DNA of 63,620 nt, the filler included, from Choristocarpus tenellus KU-1152 (Eukaryota; Protista; Phaeophyceae), in assembly GCA_964200185.2 (NCBI GenBank). It is 12 parts of 12 records of this genome, joined end to end, with 100 filler letters (N's around TTAATTAATTAA, not from the genome) between each part and the next. Parts side by side here need not be neighbours in the genome. Positions count along the whole stretch, not along the records: positions 31,059 to 39,416 come from CAXNAD020004815.1; positions 39,517 to 44,293 come from CAXNAD020013100.1; positions 44,394 to 47,568 come from CAXNAD020021769.1; 9 more parts are not named here. One strand, written 5' to 3'. Of this stretch, positions 35,155 to 47,342 are shown in pieces. Position numbers and translations under genes: made by a program. The notes under the pieces were generated by a model that ran no database searches, was not told the origin of the DNA, and saw only the letters and a program-made list of their open reading frames with translations. Positions within the stretch are counted from its first letter, which is position 1. Every line of letters starts with the position of its first letter.

Positions 35155-37778
35155 TGTCGAATAACCTAGTGTGATCCTTACGTTATTTGTGCTGACACAA
35201 GTATATAACATAGGTTATACGTACGTTTATAATTGGTTAGGTATGATACAAAGTACGAAGGTGCGTAAGTGTGGATTGGTTAGACATATTTCTGTTCCTG
35301 TACATTTAAAAGACCGTGTTACAGCTGCGAGAAGAATGGCCACCTGCGAGCTGTGTGCCCCCTAGAGGAGGACAAACCCGTTAAAGTCGGCGGGAATACT
35401 AGCGGAGCCAGATGAACAAGCTAGGGAAACTAGGAAGTTCAAGACCATGTTAGCCACTGTGGCTGATAATGGCAAGGTGAGATTGAACGCTTTCAAAACG
35501 TGGTGTTTTTTTTCGGGTGCTTCCAACAGTGTAACGAAAGACTCTAAGTACATGTATGACTTCACCACATGTCCACAAGGCCACAACATGAACGTGGGTG
35601 ACGGCACATCACTACCCATTGTGGGGTATATGGCAAGATTGATATTTGAATTTCGATATTGGCCGCGATGAGTGGGTGCATGTTACTCTGACGTCTGTTG
35701 CACTTGTCCCGAAGATAGCTTTCAATCTTCTCTCTTCACATTCTGCTAGAAGGGCTAAGGAAGTGAAAAGCAATGATGGTGATGATGATGGGGTGGATGA
35801 GGCCAAGGACAGCCAATGTGAAAGGGAATTACGACGACTCAGCATTGGAAATGGTGAAGACAACATCCTTCCCCACCGCACCAGATCAGGCAATCATCCT
35901 TCTTCCGCCAAAGCTGCTGTTTTTAACATGTCCATTTTATTATGGCTTGTTTGTCTGTTTCCATAGAGACTACGCTTGTGATGTGTGCGAGTGATGATTC
36001 TATTCGAGTGTTAGCAGATGAGCTCCCTCCAGAACCCAAGACTGTAAGAGCAGCACGTAGCTCTCCCGAATGTGATTTATGGGATTGAGCTAGAGCAGAA
36101 GAGAAGTCTAGTTTGTTGTTGAATAATGATTGGGTGGAGGCCGTATTACCCCCTGGACGCAGGGCAATAAGCACTAAATGGATTCACAAGCGTAAGACTA
36201 ACAAATTTGGTGAGGTAGTTAGATACAAGGCACGTTTGGTAGCAAACGGTTTTCGACAGATTGAGGGTTTAGATTATCAAGATACCTTTGCACCAACACC
36301 GTCCCCTGCGTCTTTGAAAATGTTTTTAGCATTAGCTGCAGACAAGGATTGGGAATTAAAGCATTGGGATGTGAAGCAAGTATTCATACAAGCTGATATT
36401 ACTGAGAGATCTTTGTATGTTTATTGATGGATGTGGTATATGGTCTGGAAAGATTGTGCGTTTAGTTAAGGCACTTTATGGCACCAAACAGGCTAGTAGG
36501 AAGTTTCATAATCTGTTGGTGCACGTTTTGGAACAGTGTGATTTTGAGCAATGCAGACCAGACCCTTGTGTGTTACGCTATGTAAGAGATGGCATTGTTT
36601 GTGCTGTGATAGCCCCCCACGTAGATGATCTTTTGGTAGCTGGTAAAGTAGATGTTTTAATTTGGGTTCGCTCAAAAATTAAAGAGCAGTTTTCCATAGA
36701 AGACTTTGGTGATCTTGAGTATTATATGGGTTGTGAGATTTCACGTGACAGAACTGCACAGACTGTCACCATCAGTCAGACTAGGTACATTAAGAATGTG
36801 TGTCAAAGATTTGGTATGGATGGGGCAAAGAAGAGGTCGGTACCCCATGATCTCTCAAGGACTCTAGACAAGAGTGAGAATCATCCAAAGTGTTGATGAA
36901 AATACACCGTACAGAGAGGCAGTTGGTAGTTTGATGTGTGCATCTATTATGACTAGGCTTGACATTGCAAATGCAGTTCATGAAGTTGCCAAATACAGTA
37001 GCAATCCCAAAGTCACACATTGGTGTGCAGTGAAATGTATTTTAGCATATTTGAATACGTGTCTCAGTGTTGGATTGAGTTTTGGTGGTTTTAATACTGA
37101 GTGTGAGTTGAGTGCGTATGCTGATGCTAGTTATGCTGGAGATTAGAATGATCGTAGATCAGTGACTGGAGGAGCAATGATGTTTGCAGGAGGAGCAATA
37201 TCTTGGATGTCAAAGGTACAAAGAGTTGTAGCTCTGTCTTCCATAGAGAGTGAATACATAGCACTTAGTAGTGTGGCACAGGAATTACTTTTCTTGAGAA
37301 GTGTTTTTGAGTTTATTAAGCCACAGTTTCCTAGGCGTTGCACTGACTTGTTTGAGGATAACGATGATGCATGCAAACTAGTACGAAATGCCACAATCTC
37401 TACTAGAACAAAACACATTGATGTCCGACATCATTTTTTGAGGGATTTGTCTTGAAAAGGAGAGATTCGTGTTGTTTTTGTTGGTATTGCAATTCAGAGG
37501 GCAGATATGCTGACCAGAAATTTGCCAGTTCGAGGTTTTAGACAACATGTAAAGTTTTTTGATGAATATGTGAGACAACATGTGTATTTTGTTATTTTTT
37601 TTGTTGTAATTGTTTGAGAGTAAATACTTGTTTTCAGCACGGGGAGAAGTCGAATAACGTAGGGTTATCCTTACGTTATTTGTGCTGACACAAGTAAATA
37701 ACATGGGTTATACTTACGTTTATAATTGGTTAGGTATGATACAAAGTACGTACGTATATAAAATATAATAAGTCAACA
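35155..37778 (+). mobile_element. Internally deleted, decayed Ty1/Copia retrotransposon. 5' LTR 35155-35257 (truncated), 3' LTR 37648-37778, PPT 37641-37647
   Basis: Direct repeats at both ends. Remnants of the gag knuckle (RKCGLVRH) and protease (WCFFSGAS). RT motifs KWIHKRK..GEVVRYKARLVANGFRQIEGLDY.DTFAP, LYGTKQA, HVDDLL. RNase H motifs AYADASYA, VALSSIESEYIA, FEDN, RTKHIDVRHHFLRD. Stops and frameshifts present. Confidence 0.96.
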
Positions 37779-39516
37779 TTCATTCACACGTCAGTGGTGA
37801 TGTATAGTTGACGGGCAATTAATATAATTCAGTGTATGTTTTACCATGTAAATCCAACTGCTAGCTTCTGGCTACCAGCCTTACATGCGTCAAGTTTTTC
37901 AACATGCTCAAAGGTGGTTCAGTTAGCAATCTTGGCTACAACAAAGGGTTGGTCAATGAGAAGGCCCAGTTGTTGTAAAACCATTTTGATTCTGCAACAT
38001 AGCCTGTCCTTGTATGATCTTTACAACTTGCTCGTGAGGAACCCAAAGATATAAAGGGTAATTCCAAAGCACTGGCTACCTAGCTGTACCCCACTCAATG
38101 AAGAACCACTCTCCTCCTCGCGACTAGCTGGTGACGCAATGATGGTTGCGCTCCCAAAGCCAACTCCAGCCAGCTGAAGCACAAGAGGTGTAATTTGCAG
38201 ATGGATGAAGAAGTCGACCAGTGCTAATAAGGCCAACAAAGCCCACACCCACTTGAATAGAGAAGTTGCTAGAAAATTGGGCATGTTCTCAGTAGTGAAG
38301 GCGCTGAACTTGCCCGGACTGTGTAACAGGTATCCAAACGAAGAAAATATTGTGCGTGTGGCAAGGGCGTCAACAGGTTTAGATTGAAGTTGAACGTCGG
38401 ACTGGAAACCAAGAGTCCGAAAGGAGGATCTTAGGAGGATAACGTATGTGTTCTGGCGTAGAGGTATTCTATTTCAAGATCAAGTCCAATTCCCCAACCC
38501 TATACCCAGACCAGTGCTTCGTCCAAGTGTCACTCTTGGTATATCTGGGCAGTTGCTTCTGCTGTATGAAAAAGGTCCACATACCTTGGCTGTGACTTAG
38601 CTTCTAGCCAATCCTTGACTGTTATTGTTGCGCATGATTCAATTTCTGCTGCCACTTTGTACAAATTATGAATTGATTCACGAGGATCAGCCGTAGCAAC
38701 TGTCTGCTTCACCTTGTGTTCGGCCCTGTCTACGTACCTGCAACATCGAAGGTGCGAGCACAAAGAATCGTACGATTGCTCTGTGAACATATTTTTCACT
38801 GATGTAGAGGTCTATAATCTATACCATTACATTGTAGTGGCTCCTTGTGCGGTATGACATTTTTTTTTTGTACTCACCGCAACTGGTACCCTTACCGAAT
38901 AACCAGTGACTGATTCATGAAGCGTGTCTTGTCCCATCGACCTGTTCCATTCTGGTCAGAGTCTCCTAGCGTCTGGGTCATGCCGTCCACAGTCTTGTCT
39001 GAGCTCATGATGCCACCAAAGTCGCACAGACAACCACCTGATGAGGAAGATGGAGATATCAGTGAGGGTTCTGTGCTGCTTGCTTGTGTGCAAAAGAGTA
39101 ACAGAGAGTATAATATCATGCTGTAGGTTGTTTGTTCTAGCACATAGGACGGGCAGGTAACTAGAAAATCTTCATGTCAACTTTCGCCTGTCCATTGATG
39201 CTGGAGGTTGAGAATGCAGGTTCCACACAATATGTTTAAAATAGAAAATTACAGTGCAGCATGTGAGGGGTATATATAGGCATGATACTCCTGTAACAGA
39301 AGATGAAAAATTTGATTGAAACTTGGCAGTCAATAGCTAGTTTTAACAAGAATTCAACCAGGAAAGGAGTATTAATTGAGGTTATAAGGTGATTGGGTCA
39401 ACTTATCTGGGGGGGGNNNNNNNNNNNNNNNNNNNNNNNNNNNNNNNNNNNNNNNNNNNNTTAATTAATTAANNNNNNNNNNNNNNNNNNNNNNNNNNNN
39501 NNNNNNNNNNNNNNNN

Positions 39517-40459
39517 TTTGATGTGGTGGTGAGGGAGTGGACCGAGCTTTGGAATGAACTGATGGAGAAGGTCACAACCAACAACAACCTGGAGGTCTCG
39601 GTAAGCAGAATTTGCATCCCCCAGCAAATAGGTCAACACTTTGTTGCGTTACCTACATTAGGGATGGGGTACTGCATTGATTTAGCGATGGCAAACAACC
39701 TCACTATCTTCTGTTGCGACCTTTGCATGACCTCACAAGCCAGGGGTTTGGCCCCCTCCAAACTCGTAACTGCTTGCACTGCTTGACATGGCATACCTCC
39801 TGTCCACCTCGGAGATCACGAGTCAGTGAGTACTGCCCCACACACATGTTGATGCCTACCAAGAGTGAAATGATAAAGAAAGTTTATGTTGTACCAAGCT
39901 TGATGTAATTTATGTGTGTGAGTGTGCACACATGTGTGAGTATCTCTTACGGCCACATCTACAGCGTTTTGTTCCATGTAGCAAGGGGATGGACCCAGAC
40001 CCAACCTTGAACAAATGCAATGCAGTGTCGGTGTTATCCATTCTGCCATCTAGTCAATCCTGGTTACGTCCTTGACAGAGGGGACTACAATTCCTACCAA
40101 GAACAGTTCAACTTTGGGGCATGAAAAGTAGTGTGTGGATTGTGACATTTTTGTACAGATTAGGCCTTAAAGTGATTTCAACACTCAGTGAGATGCATCA
40201 TGGTTGATCTTGGGATTGGAACAACCGACAGTCTCCCGTTGTCCACCAAACCAGGGAATTGGATGAACGCGCATCGGAATGTTGCCCACTTCGAGAAAAT
40301 AATACTTTTAGAGCAACTTGTTCATCTTTTCCTACACCTTGATTTTGGCCCTCCTTGTTATTGTCCCCACAGCAGGCTGCCCCTGCACCATCAGGTGGAG
40401 AGGAGTTTGATGATGCTGAGATGATGGAGGCAATAAGGCAATCCCTCCATGCTGGGTGA
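39517..40459 (+). CDS. Last two exons (<39517-39600, 40373-40459) of a protein with a C-terminal ubiquitin-interacting motif
   Basis: FDVVVREWTELWNELMEKVTTNNNLEVS|gtaagc ... pyrimidine tract cag|QAAPAPSGGEEFDDAEMMEAIRQSLHAG*. EEFDDAEMMEAIRQSL fits the UIM consensus, and the join is phase 0. Confidence 0.72.
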
Positions 40460-41068
40460 AGTGACATGGGTGGTGATGTCCCTCAGTTAGCTCTTCTGTG
40501 CTCACTTCCACCTGTTTCTAAATGTCCAAGTATTACTTTGGAGTATTTCTGCATGCCCTGTGCAAGATGTCAAGTGAAGACGAGGACACTACATGGTTGG
40601 CATGCTACGGCAGAGGTACTTTCTATTTTTTTTTGTATGGGAGGATCTCATCCACACTCAGCACACTTGGTTACAGTACGTGTGGAGCAGGGGGTACTTA
40701 CACCTGCCTATTGAACCATGCACAGCAGACTTGTAACACAAGCTACATTATCACTCAACGTTCTACTTTACCTTGGTGTGTGTCAGGTAGAAACCCTCAA
40801 TTGATCCATCTGGTGTGGAGTGGCAGGTAATCAGGGGTTCATTCTTGATTGGGCCTATCATGTAGCTATGAGTATGTGGGGAGAAAATACAATATCATAC
40901 TATGTATACCATACACCACCATATGCTTCACAGGTGAAATGTTTGAGGAATGGGGTGGGTTGTTTCCAGCTTGTTCCAAAGAGGGAGCAAGAATGGATAT
41001 CGCGCTTTTGTCTGTGTGTGAAGTATTTTTAGTGTGGGATTCTATGTCGCTTCATATATATAGTACGT

Positions 41069-41095
<27 letters not shown>
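41069..41095. repeat. (AG)n microsatellite
   Basis: Direct reading. Confidence 0.95.
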
Positions 41096-41099
<4 letters not shown>

Positions 41100-42424
41100 T
41101 GTGTACATGTATTATAATTGTGCATCTCCTGATTTTTTACTCCATGTACTCTGCATTTGGTGATGAAGAAGATAGTCTGGCAACTTGTTGAACCGTTTAG
41201 TTATTTGCATGTTGAGAAACGACAGTGATAAATGATAATGATAATGCACTATTTTGATTATATTTGTGTTCATCTATTGTGTTTATCAATACCATTAAGA
41301 CACAAGACAGAGTGATAACCGTATCAACCACAAGCCACTGGGAGTCTTACTTTCACCTTCAAAGTGGCACTATAGTGTTCAAGTAGTACTTCGTGCAATC
41401 TATACAGGATCAAGATGGCCAAAAGAATAGCTGCAAGCTAGGTCAAATCCCATTGATGCCAGATGCCACCCAATGCATGCATAGTGGAGGAGGCAAGGAA
41501 AGGAGGGGTCATTGTGATGTGTATGTATGTATCTATGTAGCAAGGAGTATAGGGCACAAGAAAGAGGTATACTGAACCAAGCCAATTGAGAGGTAGGCTG
41601 GGTTACATTTTGAGGATACCAAGAAAGAGCAAGTAGATGTCATCTTGTACAATTGCAGAAAGAGCATTTGTGGACTTGTAGTCTCAATTTATGAGTGGAA
41701 AGGGAGAATATCAATTTTGCGTGCACTATTGTGTACATCAAGCAATGAAATAGAGTGTATTACACAGGGTAAGAAAAATGGCTTAGAATGCGAAAGGGTT
41801 CTAACCTGCCTACCTCTCAATTGATTTAGCTCACTACTGCTACAAAGACGAAGAGCTCCCCTGAAGTTGGTGGTCCTTGCCATCCCGGAGGAGAGCTGTA
41901 GTGCACCCATTTCGCAACTGAGCTGTAAGCTGTTTTTCTTTCGTTGTACCAATCCCTCTATTCTTGCCAATGGGGAATGATTGCTGACCCTGTAGGAATG
42001 GCCCCCATAGTACTAATAACTTCTCCACAAATTTAGAAAGAACACTGCACTACGACGAATTAGTTGGACTGTTGATGTCTTACACAATATTATTATTGTA
42101 TCTCCACTTCAGTCCAGGGACTATCCCAACCCGTTGTCAGAGGCACTATGCATTGTACTACTCCTGATACGAACTACATTCAAACTGTTGCACTGTGCCT
42201 GATCTTATCGACCTAGTTCCTGCCTTGGGTTCATGAGTCCCACTGGTTGTTACACGGTCTCCTCCCCCAAAGTTTTTCTGTATTGATATTGGTCGGGCGT
42301 TTTGTGGTGAAACACAGAGAGGGTACACACTTGAACACGTTGGAAGACTCATTTTCAAGTTTGCCGTCAACCGTATTGTTATTTATATTAACATTAATTG
42401 GAATGAATCGAGGGTATATTAATA

Positions 42425-42531
42425 ATATTTTATTATATGCTATTATGCCCTCTGACATTTTGCAGATGTGTCAGGGGGAAAACAAATAAAAACTATACAA
42501 ATGTCAATCTAAGCCTAAAATAAAATATCAT
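42425..42531 (-). mobile_element. Extreme 3' end (stem-loop + tail) of the CRE-like LINE, inverted relative to the adjoining body
   Basis: Homologous to about 6447-6550, including a 40-nt identical core. Confidence 0.8.
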
Positions 42532-43683
42532 GTGGAAATCATTGGCCAACACTGGGTAACCTGGGAGGTAACAACACCCCCTGCACCTGCCCCAGAGGTA
42601 CATATCCTAGCTGCCCATGACGCCGGGATCACAGGGAGGGCTCAACACGAGATCACACGCCTCCTCAACAAGATCCGTTTTGACTCCTTCAGGACACAAC
42701 TGGCCGACCTTCCAAATGAGGCACACCAAGGGAGGGAGGGAAAGCTCTTCATTAGCCCTAGCGCGCCACTGGAGCCAGTGTGGACAAGGGGCAAACGCGT
42801 GGGCCTCAACTCAACCTCTGGAACCAGCATGCCAGATCCTCCCTCTAGAATTCATGCTCAAAGTCAGATCCCTAGGGAGGGAGGAGGCCCTATCAAATAG
42901 GTGCCCAGTCGCAGGGTGTAAGAGGCAAAATATTGATACCAGACATTCCGAACCTGCCCCAGGGCAGGGGTACAGGTACGACAGCACACTCCAATGGTAA
43001 AGCACCTGCATCAACTATGCTAGGGGATGGGCATCCCTTGTGCTACGGAGGACGGTAGCCCTTTTACAGTGGACAGGAATCTCCGCATAGATCTGGTGTT
43101 CCACGCAGGGGCACTAGCGGACGCCGGAACAGCTCCCTACAGGGAAAAAGGTCTTTTGCTAGACGTCACCTTCGCAGAGGTACAGGCCACCTCCCACCTA
43201 ACACACCCATCCACCAGCAATGGTATACCTGCTGCTGCAGCTGAGGTGCGAAAGTGTACCCACTATGAGGGCTCCTTTGATCCTAGTAGTTATAACCTCA
43301 ACACCTTTGCGATGTAAAGTTTGGGTGCCTCGGCAAGCAAGCGGAATGCTTCCTGGATAAGCTTGCTACTCACATGGTAGGGGGGAGATGAGCGGGAAGA
43401 TATTGCAGGAAAGGAGTAGTCAAATCCTGGCTACCCCAAATAGTTTCGGTGACTACGCAAGTGGCATTGTCTCAACGTGTCATGCACTTCAAGCTAAAGT
43501 CACCTGGGAGATGGGCACGGAGGGGTTTCTTGGATTATTGGGATGACTCCCTAGCCCCCCCCCTCGGGGCGCAGGAGTAGGTAGATGGGAAGTACAGAAA
43601 GCAGTAGTACAATATTGATAGTGAAGTAACTGATTAGTGTTATTCACACTTACTTGCAGTGCTTTTTAGTGTTTTTCACAATT
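42532..43683 (+). mobile_element. 5'-truncated, decayed CRE-clade non-LTR retrotransposon: zinc knuckle, RLE domain and 3' UTR
   Basis: CPVAGC...DTRH knuckle. RIDLVF...LLLDVTF...AAAAEVRKCTHY...F.P...TFAM. After a frameshift, GCLGKQAECFLDKLA...WLPQIVSVTTQVALSQRV. This is the typical CRE-type PD-(D/E)xK RLE layout. Confidence 0.85.
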
Positions 43684-44073
43684 ATATAGTATTTATCGTG
43701 TTGTGGATCGAAACCTGCGACTTGATAATATTGCGATTTATTGAAGTCATTTGGTTGAAGTCATTGGTTAATATTTTCTATTGTATTTTGTCCCACGTTT
43801 TTGGTTGGGGATGATTGTGATCCATGCTCAGACCGCGTACTCTGCACTACTTCTCACACTCACTACGAACTAATGCTGTTGCTACACAATGACGAATTGG
43901 ACAGCTTCTTCGCTCTTGCCTTGCTTCTAGTAGTGTGTTGGGTTCAGCACTCCCACTTTTTGTCCCTCCGTCTCCTTCCTCGAAATCCTTCGATTGTTCC
44001 CCCTCAAAGTTTCCTCCTTGTTCTTGGTCTACCGTTTCCTCAGTAGTATAGCTAGCGCATAATAATAGGATAG

Positions 44074-44260
44074 AACAGCCGATTTCAAAAATTGAGGATG
44101 GAGCTTTTCATTGAGGATGGACTTGACCCAAAATTGACTGGGATAAAGTGTCAATATGTTTTTTTTGTATTACTACAAAAACTACAAAAAAAAACATATC
44201 GACACTTTATCCCAGTCAATTTTGGGTCAAGCCCATCCTCAATTTTTGAAATCGGCTGTT
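44074..44260. mobile_element. Fold-back/MITE element (family D), near-perfect 187-bp palindrome
   Basis: Arms AACAGCCGATTTCAAAAATTGAGGATGG...CTTGACCCAAAATTGACTGGGATAAAGTGTC.ATATGTTTTTTTTGTA and their reverse complement. Second partial copy at 3228. Confidence 0.88.
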
Positions 44261-44479
44261 AAAGGGGTCTGTTGGGATGCTTCCTTAGATCCCNNNNNNN
44301 NNNNNNNNNNNNNNNNNNNNNNNNNNNNNNNNNNNNNTTAATTAATTAANNNNNNNNNNNNNNNNNNNNNNNNNNNNNNNNNNNNNNNNNNNNCAAATGG
44401 ACAGCCATCACCCCCCCCACATACTTTTAGCCTAAGCAACTTGTCAGTCCCCTTATAGGTTTGGCCTGAAGCTCGGATC

Positions 44480-45020
44480 CTTATGTTTTCTGCGACTTTG
44501 GAAGGTACATGATCTCCGTCTTCAACTCAAACATAGTCAGCCCAAATGACCTATATATGGTCACCTTCACAATTGCTGTCATCACCTTGGCCAGACCTCA
44601 TTAGGTCTTAGACATAACGCCCGAATTGTCAGCACAGAGCATACCCCACAGGTGTCGCTCAAGTGCTACCCCACTCCCTATTACTCATTCCTCCTCTGAC
44701 CTTGTTTTTGTTTCAGCTCCCTTGATGACAAGGTTCTTGAAAATGCCATATGAGAGTTTCTCCTTAGTCACTCTACATAACACTGCTGTGGACATGTTGA
44801 ACACTGGTTGGGGACAAGGACACACCATTGTCGAAGGCCTTGACTGACCTCAAACCAATCTGTACACTCACCATCATCCACATGGACACATGCCTGCATT
44901 CCATTATGGAATAATCGGATGGATGAGATCATCTTGCCAGGTAATCTAACCTTGGTAATCACAATCTAGACAAGAAACGGTCGTGGTCAAGAGGGGCATA
45001 TGCTCTCTGTAGGCCACCAA
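44480..45020 (-). mobile_element. RTE-clade LINE reverse transcriptase fragment (decayed)
   Basis: LQRAY..LD; LPGKMISSIRLFHNGMQACVHVDDGECTDWFEVSQGLRQWCVL; LWGMLCADNS (degenerate YADD); FGLT...KTEIM. Confidence 0.88.
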
Positions 45021-45414
45021 TGAGATTCCCCCCTAGGTACTACAATCTGTCCGATTCTTCTATTTTTGTGGAGTACTACTTTGACGATCGTATCCTTCCA
45101 AACTTGCAGCACAAAATCCTGGTCTCACGCAGCAAACACCATTTGGAAACTCTTGGAAGGTAATCTCATCTCATTTAGGCTGGGGGGGATTATCCGTTCC
45201 TGGCACTCGCCCGTTTAGCATTGTCCCGGATTGCTCCCACCACTTCCACCAGTGATGGTGCACCAGCGCGTGCTGTTAAAGTGGATCGTTGGTTGAGGGG
45301 TTAAGAACTATTGGGGATTTCAAGGTTGATCGACTTTGCCATTTTAGGAGCCGTTGAAGTATCACCTCCACTGTTACAAGATGTCCTTGTTATCTCAGTA
45401 GGCTCCCAGAATTG

Positions 45415-45695
45415 TCGTGGAAGTATCTTAGAGGGTACGAGTTTTGCCCTGTTTGCCCGTTCGGGGCTTGCTATCGCACGAGTTTTTTAATGGCATTTTC
45501 CTACTCCGATCTGTTTCGGAGGAGGTGAAATGTATACGTTTTGGAGTAGGTATAATGTATAAAACTATGAAAAGGCGTCCGGAACAAGGCTATTGAGACT
45601 TCCTAACAAACATGATAGCCAAAATGACGTCAAAATCGCACATTGGATTTTGATCCCCAAACGAACACGGCCTACCCTCTAAGACACTCTGACTC
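45415..45695 (+). mobile_element. MITE family C, full-length copy
   Basis: AAGTATCTTAGAGGGTA...TACCCTCTAAGACACT TIRs; homologous to the 16372 and 54929 copies. Confidence 0.9.
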
Positions 45696-46449
45696 TCTTG
45701 GAAGGCATTCTTCTTCTCTATACATTGAAACTGTTCTGGTGTTGATAGAAACCAGCTTGATCCCTACATGTTCATGGGTCAATTTCAGTACTTTCTTGAA
45801 GAAATTTTGGGGCCTGTATGCAGTTGTTGCTATGCCAGTTCCCGTTCCTCCCAGGTCTCCAAGAAGCATGCTTGAGCTTGGTCATACTTTTACGCACAAC
45901 CCCTTTGGCAACACCTTCCGCGTGCAAGGTGCCAGCATCTATGAAGCTATTCATATTATTGTAACGGAGTTAAGTGAAGCATTTATAATCAGAGTCAATC
46001 AAGTTGTTTCAGGCTCATATGAATAACACTCACCATGTTATTTTTTTATTCGCAACACACAAAACTACATTTTGGTTCAGTTCGTAAACCTTTTCGGAGG
46101 TAGGCAGTAGTAGCGTAACTAAAAAACCCTTGCATTTAATATCGTGGGTTAGTCTTGATGATATTATATCCTCAAATGCTATCCCCTCACGCTCTCCCTT
46201 TTTCACATTTCTGGCTACAAATACAACATTGATTTCGCTTAAGTATTTCGTGGAGATATTAAAAGTATTAGCTCTCTAAAACAACGCGTGTACCCCTTCT
46301 CGCTCTTTAAGTCTCACCCTGACTAATAAGGAAATTAAGACGAGTAGTAAGCCACAACAACAGGCCTAGAGATTATCCCACACGAACATCCCTTAACTCT
46401 ACCATTTACTCTCTTGCTGTCTGTCCATGGTGCCTCCTAACTTGCACAG

Positions 46450-46903
46450 GACATTTGGTGCAGTTCCTGGCGTGACAGTCCACAACTCAACTAGAGTTGA
46501 ATACGCAGAACTTTGGGGAGATAAAATGTGTGACATCACAACAAGTCTAATCTACTATATTGAGGCTGGTACTATTCTCATGCGGGAACCTCTCGCCAAG
46601 GATATCTATTCATCCAGTGGGGAGTTGTTGATAGAGTGGCATGGGCTCGAAGAAGTTTCTCTAGTTCACCAGAGGCGTGCCTCCATTAGCTCAATCTTGT
46701 TTGGCATTCATGATTCATCATTTACGTATGGTACAGATCTCATCCTTCCGAGAGAACTCAATGCAGAGCTAAGGAAAACATTATTGTATCATGCCTTGGC
46801 ACAGAAGAGGGAGCCCAGCCATCTTAATGAGGAGCTGGCCATAGCAGAGTACCTTGACCAGTATCACAACCTTGTCGGTTTACTGCACGTGTCAATTCCC
46901 GAG
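46450..46903 (+). CDS. Large internal exon of an uncharacterised protein, possibly a DUF6492/glycosyltransferase-like family member
   Basis: CAG acceptor and GAG|GTGATT donor. 151 open codons with globular composition (LWGDKMC...LIYYIEAGTILMR...KDIYS..GELLI...SFTYGTDLILP). The family call is from memory of similar brown-algal proteins. Confidence 0.6.
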
Positions 46904-47087
46904 GTGATTATATCTTTTATTTTATTTTATTTTTTAGCGATCTTACAGAATGAGGGCCAACGTGTAACATACACCTAGGCTGCACAGGTTATAATAGCTA
47001 GTTACAAACCAGTGATCAACCAATATATTTATCAATAGTATAGTAATAGATTATTTGCTATGGTGAAGTGAACTGTCGACACTAGTG

Positions 47088-47342
47088 TTAAGTAATGTTA
47101 GTCGTATTGGATGTTGAGGGCAATGCAGGTTCTTCGATTACCCGAGCATCAGTGGAACCTTGTCTTAACCTTGCATGCTCAGCTCGTACCTTTTTTATTA
47201 TTGGATGGAATGTGCCCATTCCTAGGGTTAGGGCTAGAAAAAAAGACAGCCACAAAAGAAGAAATAAATATTCACAGTCCATGTTATTTCTTTCCAAGAT
47301 CGTACCATATATGATATTCGCCCAAGTGAGCACGTGTTGGCT
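47088..47342 (-). CDS. Possible terminal exon of a membrane protein
   Basis: Open frame ..HVLTWANIIYG...LFLLLWLSFFLALTLGMG..KKVRAEHARLR..*, with a TM helix followed by basic residues. The acceptor is only tentative. Confidence 0.35.
   Translation of the reverse strand, partial: SQHVLTWANIIYGTILERNNMDCEYLFLLLWLSFFLALTLGMGTFHPIIKKVRAEHARLRQGSTDARVIEEPALPSTSNTTNIT

Noticed and set aside
38000-39121. Possible minus-strand spliced gene (MILYSLLLFCTQASS...)
   Set aside because: Splice-like sites exist, but I could not build a consistent, recognisable reading frame.
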